Below are positions 38,625-48,628 of a stretch of 64,000 bases of DNA, piece by piece. Position numbers and translations under genes: made by a program. This DNA comes from Candidatus Aenigmatarchaeota archaeon. GTDB taxonomy: Archaea; Aenigmatarchaeota; Aenigmatarchaeia; CG10238-14. Position 1 is the first letter of the stretch. Each line of letters starts with the position of its first letter. The notes beneath the pieces are model-generated. The model was not told the DNA's origin. It saw nothing but the letters and a program-made list of their open reading frames with translations, and searched no databases. The stretch is taken from positions 23,992 to 87,991 of the forward strand of contig JAWBZR010000001.1 of the NCBI GenBank assembly GCA_044343545.1, in the 5' to 3' direction.

Positions 38625-39395
38625 TTACACCTGGCAAATAAGCCTGAGAAAGCTTCTTCCGCCTGTCGCCATTCCTAAAATTGCTACTAATAGCTTTAGA
38701 AATTTTCCAAATTCTCTATCTTCAATTTCATCTAACATCTTCAAACAAAAATAAACCACTATAAATTTGACTATGATGAATGAAAATGGAGTGTTCGTTA
38801 CCTCTATTATCAATTTTGGTAAAACATGCTGCTCTGCATAGCCAAACCAATTAATTGCAACGGCTGTGGCCGTGGAATCAAACAAGTGCAAACCAATGAC
38901 GATCTTATTTTCCAAGCTTGTTTTCAATAACTTAAGAAAAAAACATTCTATTAAAATAAATGGTAAAAGATAAAAAATAGGTTGCAGTGTTTTTATGCTT
39001 ATAAAAATAGATGTTGAAGAAAATATGGAAAAGCCAAGAATAAACATAATTTTATGATAAGGTAAACCTTTTTTATTTTCTAAAAATTTTGTAATAATTA
39101 GCAGCAAAAGTATAGTGGAAAAAGATATCAGCCAAATGAATGGAGTGACAAAAAGGTATCCTTTGATTGTTTCCGCATCTCTCAAGACTCTAATAACAAT
39201 AGACGATAATATAAATGGAATGATGGATATGCATAGTTTGAAATCTATATCTATTTTGAGTTTTCTTATGATTTTGAAAGCCAAATATCCTAAAAATATA
39301 AAAATCAATGAATAAGTTATAGTGTTTACTATGTTATATCCTTCACTATATTTTATAGGTTCTATGAAATGTTTTTCAAAAAAATTTTCTAACAT
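38625..39395 (-). CDS. Archaeal integral membrane protein, DUF63-like
   Basis: 256 aa with about 7 TM helices. The N-terminus HFIEPIKYSEGYNIVNTITYSLIF resembles the DUF63 consensus. Confidence 0.4.
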   Translation of the reverse strand: MLENFFEKHFIEPIKYSEGYNIVNTITYSLIFIFLGYLAFKIIRKLKIDIDFKLCISIIPFILSSIVIRVLRDAETIKGYLFVTPFIWLISFSTILLLLIITKFLENKKGLPYHKIMFILGFSIFSSTSIFISIKTLQPIFYLLPFILIECFFLKLLKTSLENKIVIGLHLFDSTATAVAINWFGYAEQHVLPKLIIEVTNTPFSFIIVKFIVVYFCLKMLDEIEDREFGKFLKLLVAILGMATGGRSFLRLICQV

Positions 39396-39431
39396 GTAAA
39401 AATAAATAAAATCGGAAAGATAAATTTAATT

Positions 39432-40106
39432 GTGTCTAAAGGATTCTTCATAAGTTTCGAAGGTATAGATTCTACGGGTAAAAAAACTCAAGCCAAACTT
39501 TTGGCAGAGTACCTTAGAAAAAAAGGTTTAAATGTAGAAGAATTAAGCTTTCCCGCATATAATACTAAATTTGGCCAATATGTATCTGCTTTTTTAAGAG
39601 GTGAATATGGAAAAAAAGAAGATATGCCTGAAATAGCCGCTTTGCTTTTCGCCCTAGATAGATATCAATTCAAAAAATTTATAGAAGATTCCATAAAAGA
39701 TGGAAAAATTATAGTGTGTAACAGATATACTCAATCTGCGATGGCTTTCGAAGGAAGTTTAAGTCAAGATAAGAAAAAATTCATTAAATGGGTCGGTCAA
39801 GTAGAATCGAGATTACCGCAACCTGATGTAATAATATTGTTAGATTTGCCAATAGAATATTCTACGAAGCTTTTGGAGCTTAGAGAAGAGAAAGAATATT
39901 TGAAGGGTGCAAAAAAAGATATATTTGAAGAAGATTTGGTTTATCAAGAAAAAGTTAGAAAAACTTATCTTGAAATGGCTAAAGGAAAAAGATGGATTGT
40001 TGTAAAATGTTTCAAGAAAAATGGGATAAAAAGTGTTGAAGAGATACATGAAGAAATAGTGAAAAAAGTTGAGAATATTTTAAAAGAAAAAACAATAATT
40101 AAATAA
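39432..40106 (+). CDS. tmk: Thymidylate kinase
   Basis: P-loop FEGIDSTGKKTQ, DRY motif (LDRYQF) and lid region. The gene starts with GTG. Confidence 0.8.
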   Translation: MSKGFFISFEGIDSTGKKTQAKLLAEYLRKKGLNVEELSFPAYNTKFGQYVSAFLRGEYGKKEDMPEIAALLFALDRYQFKKFIEDSIKDGKIIVCNRYTQSAMAFEGSLSQDKKKFIKWVGQVESRLPQPDVIILLDLPIEYSTKLLELREEKEYLKGAKKDIFEEDLVYQEKVRKTYLEMAKGKRWIVVKCFKKNGIKSVEEIHEEIVKKVENILKEKTIIK

Positions 40107-40528
40107 TGATTCAAATAGTTTTGGGTTTACTCTTAATTCTTCTTGGTGTATTTCTTGCTTCAAAAATCGTAGGAAACTTGATAAAATTATTTTTGCTTCT
40201 AATAATTTTCTTTCTTGGCTTTTACCTCATTTTTGGATATATACCTTATTCTTCGACTATTTTTGATCTCAAAAATATTTTTGGGATATCTATTTTAAGT
40301 ATAGGAAAGGATGTTGAAGGTAAAATGTTATTGGCAGTGAAAAATAATTGGTTTTTCGAAGCAAAAAATTTGAGTGTGAGTATTAATGGAAATGAAACAG
40401 GCATATTGAATAATGTGAAGAGTATTAAAGGCAGAAAAATAGAAATACTGCAAGTGGATTGGAGAGAAGATTTTAACAAGATTATTATCTCAAGTAGCGT
40501 TGGTAAAACAGAATATTTAAAAAAATAG
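40106..40528 (+). CDS. Hypothetical membrane protein
   Basis: Two N-terminal TM helices, then a soluble beta-rich domain. Confidence 0.35.
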   Translation: MIQIVLGLLLILLGVFLASKIVGNLIKLFLLLIIFFLGFYLIFGYIPYSSTIFDLKNIFGISILSIGKDVEGKMLLAVKNNWFFEAKNLSVSINGNETGILNNVKSIKGRKIEILQVDWREDFNKIIISSSVGKTEYLKK

Positions 40529-40570
40529 ATTTATGACTAACATATCAAGTCTTGATATTATTGGTAATGG

Positions 40571-41299
40571 TTATAAGAATTTTTCCAAGCCATGTTTTAA
40601 ATCCTTTTCGGTATCTATGAGTACAATTTTTTCATTTAACGGTAAGCTCACGTTGAAGATCGGTATGCTATCTATCCAAGCTAGTTTTTTTCCTTTATGA
40701 GAATGACCACAAATGACCAAGGTAGGTCTCGATGTCAAAATCATTTCTTCCATCTTTTTACTTCCCAATTCTGGATAAAATTTCAATTCCTCACCTTCCA
40801 ATATTTTATAGGTTGGCGCGTAATGTAGTAATAATATTTTTATCTCTGCTTTTACTTCGCACAAGAGTTTCTTTATTTTTTCAATTCTCTCCTCGTATTC
40901 TTTCTCTATGTTAGGTATGTTTTTATATTGCCAATAGGTGGGTCTGTCCAAGCTACCCTTGCTTCCTATTATAGCTACGGATGTGTTTTTTACATGCAAT
41001 AAGATGCTTTCGTCTTCAAGAAAAATAACTTGCTTGTATTTCTCTTTTATTTTGCTCGTAGTTTCTGCACCAAATTCCGTGTTTCCGAAGCATGCCACTA
41101 TAGGACAATTGATTTTACCGAACATCGTGTTTATAATTTTTTGATACTCGTCTACATTTCCCTTATCAACAACATCTCCTGCCAGAAGAAATATGTCTGG
41201 TTTTGCTTGTAAAAAATCTATTGACTTTACAAACAAACTGAAATATCTTGGAGAATGAATGTCTGAAGTTGCAGCTATTATCATCAAATAATAATTCAA
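40571..41299 (-). CDS. Calcineurin-like metallophosphoesterase
   Basis: Signature motifs DIH, GD(V)VD, GNTE and GHSH. Confidence 0.7.
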   Translation of the reverse strand: MNYYLMIIAATSDIHSPRYFSLFVKSIDFLQAKPDIFLLAGDVVDKGNVDEYQKIINTMFGKINCPIVACFGNTEFGAETTSKIKEKYKQVIFLEDESILLHVKNTSVAIIGSKGSLDRPTYWQYKNIPNIEKEYEERIEKIKKLLCEVKAEIKILLLHYAPTYKILEGEELKFYPELGSKKMEEMILTSRPTLVICGHSHKGKKLAWIDSIPIFNVSLPLNEKIVLIDTEKDLKHGLEKFL

Positions 41300-41333
41300 T
41301 TTTTAAAGCAAAAATAGCTATATATTGTTAAGC

Positions 41334-41408
41334 GGGCCGGTAGATCAATGGTAGATCGCTGCCTTGGCGTGGCAGAGGCTCTGGGTTCAAATCCCAGCCG
41401 GTCCACCA
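41334..41408 (+). tRNA. tRNA-Ala (GGC), CCA encoded
   Basis: GGGCCGGTAGATCAATGGTAGATCGCTGCCTTGGCGTGGCAGAGGCTCTGGGTTCAAATCCCAGCCGGTCCACCA has a G3:U70 identity pair and anticodon loop UUGGCGU. Confidence 0.85.
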
Positions 41409-41457
41409 CGGAATATTAAAAAATTTAAATATTCGTTCTTAATTTATGTGAGTTATT

Positions 41458-41931
41458 ATGATGAAGAACGAAAAAAGAGAGATAAGGGGTATAGTAAGGA
41501 TAGCTGGAGTAGATCTTAAAGGAGAAAAGAAAGTTTATGTTTCTCTACAGCAAATAAAAGGTGTAGGTCCTGCCGTGGCTAATGCTGTTTGCAAACTCAC
41601 AGGAATAGAAAGAAATAGAATGGTTGGCACGTTAAGCGATGAAGATGTAGAGAGAATAGAACATGTGCTAGAAAATTTACATAAATATGTACCTTCTTGG
41701 TTGCTTAATAGAAGATCGGATCCTGAAACAGGAGAAAATCATCATCTCATAGGCCCTGATGTAAAGTTTGTTATTGAGCAAGATATAAAGAAGATGATAG
41801 AGAAAAGGTGTTATAAAGGTATAAGGCATGCACTTGGTCTACCCGTAAGGGGACAAAGAACGAGAAGTTCCTTTAGAAAAGGAAGAACTGTAGGTGTGAT
41901 AAGAAAGAAAAATCAACCAGGCAAAAAGTGA
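41458..41931 (+). CDS. rps13: 30S ribosomal protein S13
   Basis: RIAGVDLKGEKKVYVSLQQIKGVGPAVANAV is the S13 N-terminal consensus. Confidence 0.9.
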   Translation: MMKNEKREIRGIVRIAGVDLKGEKKVYVSLQQIKGVGPAVANAVCKLTGIERNRMVGTLSDEDVERIEHVLENLHKYVPSWLLNRRSDPETGENHHLIGPDVKFVIEQDIKKMIEKRCYKGIRHALGLPVRGQRTRSSFRKGRTVGVIRKKNQPGKK

Positions 41932-41940
41932 TGATGAGGT

Positions 41941-42426
41941 ATGAGAAAAATAAGAAATACTTATAGAAAGCCAAGAAAACCATGGGACAAGGCAAGAATT
42001 GAAGAAGAAAAGAAATTGATGAAAAAATATGGATTAAGAAGAAAAAAGGAGATATGGAGAGCGGAAGCATTGTTAAGAAGTTTTAGGCAAAGAGCAAGAA
42101 ATTTATCTGCCAAAAGGAATGAAGAAGAAGAAAAGAAATTACTAGACAAGCTTTATAGATTGGGGTTATTGGAAAAGGGGGCTAAACTGAATGACGTGCT
42201 GAGTTTAACAGTTGAAGATATTCTTGAAAGAAGGCTTCAAACCATAGTTGCAAAAAAGGGTTTGGCTAACACGCCGAAGCAAGCAAGACAATATATAGTT
42301 CATGGTCACATCGGAATTAATGGAAGGAGGATAAAGTTCCCTGGGATGCTGGTCACAAGAGATGTGGAGGATAAAATAAGTTATTATAACTTTGAGCCTA
42401 AGTTAAGGGTGAGTGTTGATGAATAA
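41941..42426 (+). CDS. rps4: 30S ribosomal protein S4
   Basis: N-terminus [16 protein letters not shown] and a C-terminal S4 RNA-binding domain ([28 protein letters not shown]). Confidence 0.9.
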   Translation: MRKIRNTYRKPRKPWDKARIEEEKKLMKKYGLRRKKEIWRAEALLRSFRQRARNLSAKRNEEEEKKLLDKLYRLGLLEKGAKLNDVLSLTVEDILERRLQTIVAKKGLANTPKQARQYIVHGHIGINGRRIKFPGMLVTRDVEDKISYYNFEPKLRVSVDE

Positions 42427-42838
42427 AGAAGGTGAGAAGAAAACCGAAAAAACTAAAGGAGTATGGGGAGTTGCACATATATTTTCGACTGTTAATAGCA
42501 TCATAGTGCACATCACAGATATAACAGGTTCGGAAACCATTTCTCGTTGCACAGGCGGAATGATAACCACGAAAGATAGGGAGCAGGGAAGTCCTTATTC
42601 TGCATTAATGGCGGCAACGAAAGCAGCGCAAGAAGCTTTGGAAAAGGGAATTATAGGCGTTCATGTAAAGGTGAGAGGTAAAGGAGGGCATCATAAAAAA
42701 TCTCCTGGACCTGGAGCTCAACCTGCTATTAGAGCTTTAGTGAGAGCTGGCCTAAAAATAGGATTGATAGAGGACGTCACGCCAATCCCAACAGACACCA
42801 CGAGAAGAAAGGGTGGCAGAAGGGGAAGAAGAGTGTAA
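42413..42838 (+). CDS. rps11: 30S ribosomal protein S11
   Basis: [25 protein letters not shown] and the C-terminal motif [11 protein letters not shown]. Confidence 0.9.
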   Translation: MLMNKEGEKKTEKTKGVWGVAHIFSTVNSIIVHITDITGSETISRCTGGMITTKDREQGSPYSALMAATKAAQEALEKGIIGVHVKVRGKGGHHKKSPGPGAQPAIRALVRAGLKIGLIEDVTPIPTDTTRRKGGRRGRRV

Positions 42839-42839
42839 A

Positions 42840-43583
42840 TCATATTTTTCTTGCAAAAGTTAACCAGCCGGTGTGCATTAAACCCATCGTTTTTGGACGA
42901 GTATAATCTCCCACTTGCCACTCTCTTTTTATGCATTCGATCGTTTTGACCTCGACAAACGAAAATTCACTCAATCCTTTTCTCACTGACTTTACTTGCT
43001 CTATGTATGGTGAATATATGGCAATCCAACCGCCTTTTTTTAAAGCTTTGTAAGCTTCTTCTATAATTTTTTCCGCATCCTTAACATCTAAAGTTATGAG
43101 ATCTACATTTTTTTCATCTATGCCCAAGAATATATCTTTATGTTTAATCGTTAAATTTTTTAACCCAATTAACTTGGCATTTTCTTTTGCAATTTTGATA
43201 TATTTTTCGTTTATTTCATATGAAACAACCTTGCTTTGAGGAAGGTAATAGGATAAAAAGATGCTTAAAAAACCCGAGCCACAGCCTGCATCAACTATCA
43301 AACTTTTTGGAGATATACCTGTATAAGCAAGGATTAAACATGCGTCTTGAGGCATAACTATTTGTGGCAATCTTTTAGCTTTTTTCTCCAAAAAATCGAT
43401 GAGGTTTGGCTCCAAAACCACAAACTCTTCTCCAAGATGTGTTTTTATAATTTCTCCTATTCTTTTCTTCTTTAATTCTTTTATGTCTACCTGCCCAAAC
43501 TGAGTGTTATATTTTTCGCCATCAATTTTCACGATATATTTTTTCTTTCCGATTAATAACCTGTACTTTTCCATATCTTTCAA
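42840..43583 (-). CDS. trmI: tRNA (adenine-N1)-methyltransferase TrmI (m1A57/58)
   Basis: SAM-binding motif VDAGCGSGFLS and the D-loop LITLDV, matching the Gcd14/TrmI architecture. Confidence 0.75.
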   Translation of the reverse strand: MKDMEKYRLLIGKKKYIVKIDGEKYNTQFGQVDIKELKKKRIGEIIKTHLGEEFVVLEPNLIDFLEKKAKRLPQIVMPQDACLILAYTGISPKSLIVDAGCGSGFLSIFLSYYLPQSKVVSYEINEKYIKIAKENAKLIGLKNLTIKHKDIFLGIDEKNVDLITLDVKDAEKIIEEAYKALKKGGWIAIYSPYIEQVKSVRKGLSEFSFVEVKTIECIKREWQVGDYTRPKTMGLMHTGWLTFARKI

Positions 43584-43942
43584 TCCTTTTTATATTTTTG
43601 AAACCTTTGTTTATTTTTTTCCATCTTCTTCAAGTACTCCTTTTCCAAATCCATGCCGAGCAAGTTTGCTGTTATTATTATATAAATAAAGCAATCGATC
43701 AACTCTTCTGTTAGCTCATTTTTTCTTTCATCCAACGTGTTTATTCCTAAGGTTGTGAGATCCCTCGAAATTTTTTTAACTATATTTGCATATTCTCCTA
43801 TTTCTCCTGTCAAAGCAACAACAAGATACTGTAATTTTTCTATTTTTGATTTTTCATCTTCTGCTTCCCAAAAGTTTTTAAAGTATTCCATATCGAATCT
43901 TTTTTGTAAATCCTGAATCTCCTTTATTTCCATAAATATCAC
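43580..43942 (-). CDS. MazG-like nucleotide pyrophosphohydrolase domain protein
   Basis: EEVGELAE-like helix LTGEIGEYANIV ... ELIDCFIYIIITANLLGMDLE, typical of MazG/NTP-PPase. Confidence 0.55.
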   Translation of the reverse strand: MIFMEIKEIQDLQKRFDMEYFKNFWEAEDEKSKIEKLQYLVVALTGEIGEYANIVKKISRDLTTLGINTLDERKNELTEELIDCFIYIIITANLLGMDLEKEYLKKMEKNKQRFQKYKKD

Positions 43943-44025
43943 ACATTAACATAATTAGAAGACGAAGCAATAAAATTTTCTATAAAAACCAAAATTTAAA
44001 ACCATTAAAAATCTAATTTTTTATT

Positions 44026-44308
44026 GGCAAGGAGCTAGATCGGGGTGCTACCGGTACCCTGTAACCGCAAACCCGGTATACGGCGGGATCGAAGCCTGAG
44101 GGCGACTTGACACTGGTAACAAGACCTGGATCTTGGACGATGAAGCTTTGTCTCCCGGGACAGTGCATATACTGAACCTGGTCAGGTCCGGAAGGAAGCA
44201 GCCATAAAGTATATGCTCCTGTGCTCGCGAGTTAACAAAGTGGAGGACAAGTTCCAGAAAACTCTTGTTATCAGTGTCATTTCCACCGATGGCGTGCTCC
44301 TTGCCTCC
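44026..44308 (+). ncRNA. ffs: Signal recognition particle RNA (7S/SRP RNA)
   Basis: A GC-rich island of about 283 nt in AT-rich DNA. It contains the universally conserved helix 8 motif CAGGUCCGGAAGGAAGCAGCC. The 5' GGCAAGGAGC pairs with the 3' GCUCCUUGCC terminal helix. An oligo-T tract follows. Confidence 0.85.
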
Positions 44309-44316
44309 TTTTATTT
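44309..44316 (+). terminator. Oligo-T archaeal terminator after SRP RNA
   Basis: TTTTATTT lies immediately after the 3' strand of the terminal helix. Confidence 0.4.
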
Positions 44317-44509
44317 AAAAATGCGTACCATTGATATTCAAGATAATTCGTATTAATGCCGCAACAACAAACCGCATGCGAAAATCGCGGTTTCATACAA
44401 TAAAAATTTTCAAATAAACATATGGATTATTTTAAAAATCAGAATCAAATTTTTGATGAAAAACTTGTTTAATAAGAAATTGTAATTTCTTGTCGAAAAA
44501 CGAAAAAAA

Positions 44510-45445
44510 GTGTTAAAATATTTTGAAACTAAACAGAATTTTATGATACCAAAATTGCTCGAAGAAAAAATAAAATTGCTTTATCCGGAAAATTTGGAAG
44601 ATTTCAACAAAATTCACGTGATTAAAAAATCGATAAGGGTAAATACTCTAAAAATTTCAAAAAAAGAATTGGTTTCTAGATTGAGAGAAAGATTCGAAAT
44701 TGAAGAAATACCATGGTGTGAAGATGGGTTATTCGTTAATGACGTTAACTTGACAAAAACGAGGGAATATTTTTTGGGTTATTATTATCTTCAAGACGCC
44801 GCAAGCATGATACCTGCCATAGTCCTAAAACCAAAAAAAGATGATGTAGTTCTCGACATTGCCGCTGCACCTGGTTCAAAAACCACACAAATGGCTGCCA
44901 TAATGAAGAATAAAGGTCTGATAATAGCTAACGATGTCAACATGAAAAGATTGAAAGCTTTGAGATTTAACTTGCAAAAATGCGGTGTTGTTAATACCGT
45001 AGTAACCAATTTGGATGGAAGGTATATAGATAAAATAGGTATTGAATTTGATAAGATATTATTAGATGTTCCGTGTAGCGCTTCCGGGACTTGCATCACA
45101 AATCCCAACGTCTTTAAAACGTGGAATCAAGGTAAAGTGAATGAATTGAGTAAGCTGCAAAAGCGGTTAATCGAAGCTGCGGCAAACTGTTTAAAAGAAG
45201 GTGGCGAAATGGTTTATTCGACGTGCTCTATAGATCCTGAAGAAAATGAAGAAGTCATAGATTTTGCTGTGAGAAAATTGAATTTAAAAACGAAAAAAAT
45301 AAGATTAAAAGGAATAAAGACGAGGGATGCTATAGAGAAATATAGAAGATTCGAATATAGTGAAGAAGTCAAAAATGCAGTTAGAATAAATCCATTTGAT
45401 AATATGACGGAGGGTTTCTTTATATGCAAATTAAAAAAATACTAA
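44510..45445 (+). CDS. NOP2/Sun family RNA cytosine-C5 methyltransferase
   Basis: SAM-binding motif LDIAAAPGSKTTQ. Catalytic motifs DVPCSASG (motif IV, Pro-Cys) and the motif VI Cys (YSTCSI). Confidence 0.8.
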   Translation: MLKYFETKQNFMIPKLLEEKIKLLYPENLEDFNKIHVIKKSIRVNTLKISKKELVSRLRERFEIEEIPWCEDGLFVNDVNLTKTREYFLGYYYLQDAASMIPAIVLKPKKDDVVLDIAAAPGSKTTQMAAIMKNKGLIIANDVNMKRLKALRFNLQKCGVVNTVVTNLDGRYIDKIGIEFDKILLDVPCSASGTCITNPNVFKTWNQGKVNELSKLQKRLIEAAANCLKEGGEMVYSTCSIDPEENEEVIDFAVRKLNLKTKKIRLKGIKTRDAIEKYRRFEYSEEVKNAVRINPFDNMTEGFFICKLKKY

Positions 45446-45891
45446 GTTCAAAAGAAATAAAAGAAATTGAAAATATTATAAGAAAAAATTATGATTCTTC
45501 TTTCAAATTAAGAGATTATTTTGTTTTTCTCACAGCAGATGACAAGTTGTGGATCTGTTCGCTTGATTTGAAAAAAATTGAATTAAAAAAGTTGAAGAGA
45601 ATAAATGCCATAGGTCTTTATTTCGGCAAATTGAAAAGAAATGAAAAAATACAATTATCTATAGAAGGTAGTATGTTAGTTGGAAAAACTGCTAAAAAGA
45701 ATGTAGCAATAGTAGAAAAAATAGAGGAATATATGGAAGGAAAAAATGTTTCTTGTAATTGTTTGAATTGTGAAAAAGATAATTTTGTGATAGTAAAGAA
45801 TTGTGAAGATTTTTTTGGCACCGGAGTTTTGAGAGAAAATTGCATATTAGAAAACATTTTACCAAAAAGTAGAAGGTTAGAGTTAAAATGA
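45424..45891 (+). CDS. Hypothetical protein, possible PUA/Nip7-like RNA-binding partner of the Sun methyltransferase
   Basis: 155 aa. It overlaps the methyltransferase stop. It has a Cys cluster CNCLNCEKDNFVIVKNC. The PUA assignment is tentative. Confidence 0.35.
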   Translation: MQIKKILSSKEIKEIENIIRKNYDSSFKLRDYFVFLTADDKLWICSLDLKKIELKKLKRINAIGLYFGKLKRNEKIQLSIEGSMLVGKTAKKNVAIVEKIEEYMEGKNVSCNCLNCEKDNFVIVKNCEDFFGTGVLRENCILENILPKSRRLELK

Positions 45892-47180
45892 TAGAAATAA
45901 ACGAAAAATTCAAGGAAGCAATAGAAATTATGGAAAATACCGACAGGCATGTGCTTATTACAGGTAGAGCGGGAACGGGGAAATCTACTTTATTAAACTA
46001 TTTTAGAAAAATAACGAAAAAAAACATAGTTGTATTAGCACCAACGGGAGTTGCTGCAATAAACGTAAATGGGGTTACCATACACTCGTTTTTCAAATTC
46101 AAACCAGATATTTCTTTGACAAAAGTTAGCAAAGTAAAGGATAATAGAATTTACAAGAAGTTAGACGCTATAGTAATAGATGAAATTTCAATGGTTAGAG
46201 CTGACTTGTTGGATTGCATAGATAAATTTATGCGCTTAAACGGAAAAGATAAAGACAAACCTTTTGGCGGAACTCAAATGATATTTCTTGGTGATTTGTA
46301 CCAATTGCCTCCCGTAGTCAAAAGAAATGAGATAAAAATATTCGAAAAGCATTATAAAAGTTTTTATTTTTTTGACGCAAAAGTTTTTGAAAAAATTCAA
46401 ATTGATTTTGTAGAATTGGAAAAGATTTACAGACAAAAAGATAAAGAGTTTATAAGAATTTTGAATGCTATAAGAGATAATTGCTTAACTGATCAAGATC
46501 TTGCAAAAATAAATAGTAGAGTTATAAGAGATTTTAGAGAAGATCCGAAAGATTTTTACATAAGACTTACATCTACCAAAAAATTGGCAGACGAGATTAA
46601 TGAAAAAAATCTTGAAATGTTAAAAGGAAAATTATATGAATACATAGGTATAGTTAAGGGGGATTTTCCAGAAAATTACTTGCCTATAGAAAAAAACTTG
46701 AAATTAAAAATCGGATCTCAAGTTATGCTCTTAAATAATGACAATCTTGGGAGATGGATAAATGGAAGTTTGGGTAGAGTTGTAGAAGTGATTAAAAAAG
46801 ATGATGAAAACGATTTAATAAAAGTGGAACTATTTGATGGGAAAACTTTTGAAGTTTCGCCATATACTTGGAATATTTATGAAGCTTTTTTTGATGAAAC
46901 AAACGAGTGCATCGATTATAAGGTGATAGGTTCTTTTATTCAATATCCTATGAAGTTAGCTTGGGCGATAACAATTCACAAAAGTCAAGGAAAAACTTTT
47001 GATAAGGTGATAATAGATGTTGGTAGAGGCGCTTTTGCTCCCGGTCAAATTTACGTTGCATTGAGCAGATGTAAAAGTTTGGATGGCATAGTTCTTAAAA
47101 AGCCCATTAGAAAAAGTGACATAATAGTTGATTGGAGAATTTCCCATTTTCTGTCAAAATTAAAATCAAAAAATTGGTAG
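45888..47180 (+). CDS. Pif1/RecD-family SF1B helicase
   Basis: Walker A HVLITGRAGTGKST, Walker B IVIDEISMV, GDLYQLPPV (motif III) and C-terminal QGKTFDKV / ALSRCKSLDGI motifs of Pif1-like helicases. Confidence 0.75.
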   Translation: MIEINEKFKEAIEIMENTDRHVLITGRAGTGKSTLLNYFRKITKKNIVVLAPTGVAAINVNGVTIHSFFKFKPDISLTKVSKVKDNRIYKKLDAIVIDEISMVRADLLDCIDKFMRLNGKDKDKPFGGTQMIFLGDLYQLPPVVKRNEIKIFEKHYKSFYFFDAKVFEKIQIDFVELEKIYRQKDKEFIRILNAIRDNCLTDQDLAKINSRVIRDFREDPKDFYIRLTSTKKLADEINEKNLEMLKGKLYEYIGIVKGDFPENYLPIEKNLKLKIGSQVMLLNNDNLGRWINGSLGRVVEVIKKDDENDLIKVELFDGKTFEVSPYTWNIYEAFFDETNECIDYKVIGSFIQYPMKLAWAITIHKSQGKTFDKVIIDVGRGAFAPGQIYVALSRCKSLDGIVLKKPIRKSDIIVDWRISHFLSKLKSKNW

Positions 47181-47185
47181 ATGAT

Positions 47186-48583
47186 ATGAAAATAACATTT
47201 TTTGGTGGAATAAATGAGATTGGCGGAAATAAAATTTTAATTGAAAGTTCTTCTACCAAGTTTTTTATTGATTTTGGTTTGAGCTTTTCAAAATTCGGAA
47301 AGTATTATACAGATTTTCTTCAACCAAGATTATGCAACGGCATAGGAGACCTTCTGGATTTAGAAATAATACCAGATTTGGATGGTATTTATAGAAACGA
47401 TTTGCTTGCGAATGAAGGAAGAAAAACTAGTGATGAACCAAAAATAGATGGTGTTTTCTTAAGTCATGCACACTCAGATCATGTAGGTCATGTTTCTCTA
47501 CTGCATAAAGATATGAACATATTTTGCGGGGAAACATGCAAGATTATTTTAAAAGCATTGCAAGAAAGTAGTATGGGAGGTTTTGAAAATGATTATTATT
47601 GGTTTAGAGAAAATTTTGTTAAAAGGAGAGATAAGCCAAAAACTGAAAGAAAGTATGTAACTTTTAGGACTGGGGACAAGATAAAGATAAATGATATCGA
47701 AGTTGAACCTATACATGTTGATCATTCTATACCTGGTTCTTATGCCTTCATAATTTACACTCCTGAAGGAAACATAGCTTACACAGGAGATTTCAGAAGT
47801 CACGGAACAAAATCTTACATGACAGAAGATTTCATCGAAAGAGCGAAAGAAGAAAAGATAGATATTTTATTGTGTGAAGGTACGAGAGTTAACGAGAGGG
47901 AAAAGAGTCTTAGCGAAGAAGAAGTTTATCAAAAAGTAAAGGAGATTATTAGAAAAACGAGAAATATGGTTTTTGTAAATTTTTCATTTAAAGATGTTGA
48001 TAGATTGAATACATTCTTTAAAGCTTGTAGAGATGGTGAAAGAATTTTTGCTGTTTCAACAAAGTTGGCTTTTTTGATTAAGGAGCTTCAAAAAGATAAA
48101 CATCTCAATCTTCCAAATTTTGACGAGATAAAAGTATACATGCATAGATCAAAATGGGGAATTTATGAGAAAGAAGATTACAACACGTGGGAAAGAGATT
48201 TTTTGGATGGCGATTATGTAACTGCAGAAGATTTGAAAAAAAGTCAAGAAAAATATGTTTTGTTTATGGATTTTTTCGATTTAAAAGAATTAATCGACAT
48301 AAAACCAAAAGCTGGAAGTAGCTACATTTATTCTTCTTCTGAGCCTCATAACGAAGAGCAATTAATTGATTTTGAAAGGTTAAAAAATTGGATAAATCGT
48401 TTTGGATTAGAAATGTATACGATACATGCTTCTGGTCATGCCAACTACAATGAAATAGGAAGTTTGATAGAAAAAATTGGAGCCAAGAAAGTTGTTCCTA
48501 TTCACACAGAGCATCCTTTCATGTTTGAAAACTTTACCAAAAATTTGATAATCCCAAGTTATTCAGAGCCGATTGAATTATAG
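47186..48583 (+). CDS. MBL-fold beta-CASP family nuclease
   Basis: Motif 2 is HAHSDHVGH. Further downstream are D/H motifs (DHS, HASGH) and a beta-CASP-sized insertion. The ATG at 47186 was chosen over 47132. The frame overlaps the helicase 3' end. Confidence 0.7.
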   Translation: MKITFFGGINEIGGNKILIESSSTKFFIDFGLSFSKFGKYYTDFLQPRLCNGIGDLLDLEIIPDLDGIYRNDLLANEGRKTSDEPKIDGVFLSHAHSDHVGHVSLLHKDMNIFCGETCKIILKALQESSMGGFENDYYWFRENFVKRRDKPKTERKYVTFRTGDKIKINDIEVEPIHVDHSIPGSYAFIIYTPEGNIAYTGDFRSHGTKSYMTEDFIERAKEEKIDILLCEGTRVNEREKSLSEEEVYQKVKEIIRKTRNMVFVNFSFKDVDRLNTFFKACRDGERIFAVSTKLAFLIKELQKDKHLNLPNFDEIKVYMHRSKWGIYEKEDYNTWERDFLDGDYVTAEDLKKSQEKYVLFMDFFDLKELIDIKPKAGSSYIYSSSEPHNEEQLIDFERLKNWINRFGLEMYTIHASGHANYNEIGSLIEKIGAKKVVPIHTEHPFMFENFTKNLIIPSYSEPIEL

Positions 48584-48628
48584 AGAAAAATATATCAAAA
48601 CAAAAAACATAATAAATTATTAATAACT

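Noticed and set aside
44320-44400. Hairpin AAACCGC..GCGGTTT downstream of SRP RNA, a possible extra small RNA or C/D box sRNA
   Set aside because: No C or D box motifs could be identified. It is more likely a terminator or intergenic structure.
47132-47185. Upstream extension of the beta-CASP ORF (MENFPFSVKIKIKKLVDD)
   Set aside because: The MBL domain begins at MKITFFGG (ATG 47186). The extension overlaps the helicase coding sequence.
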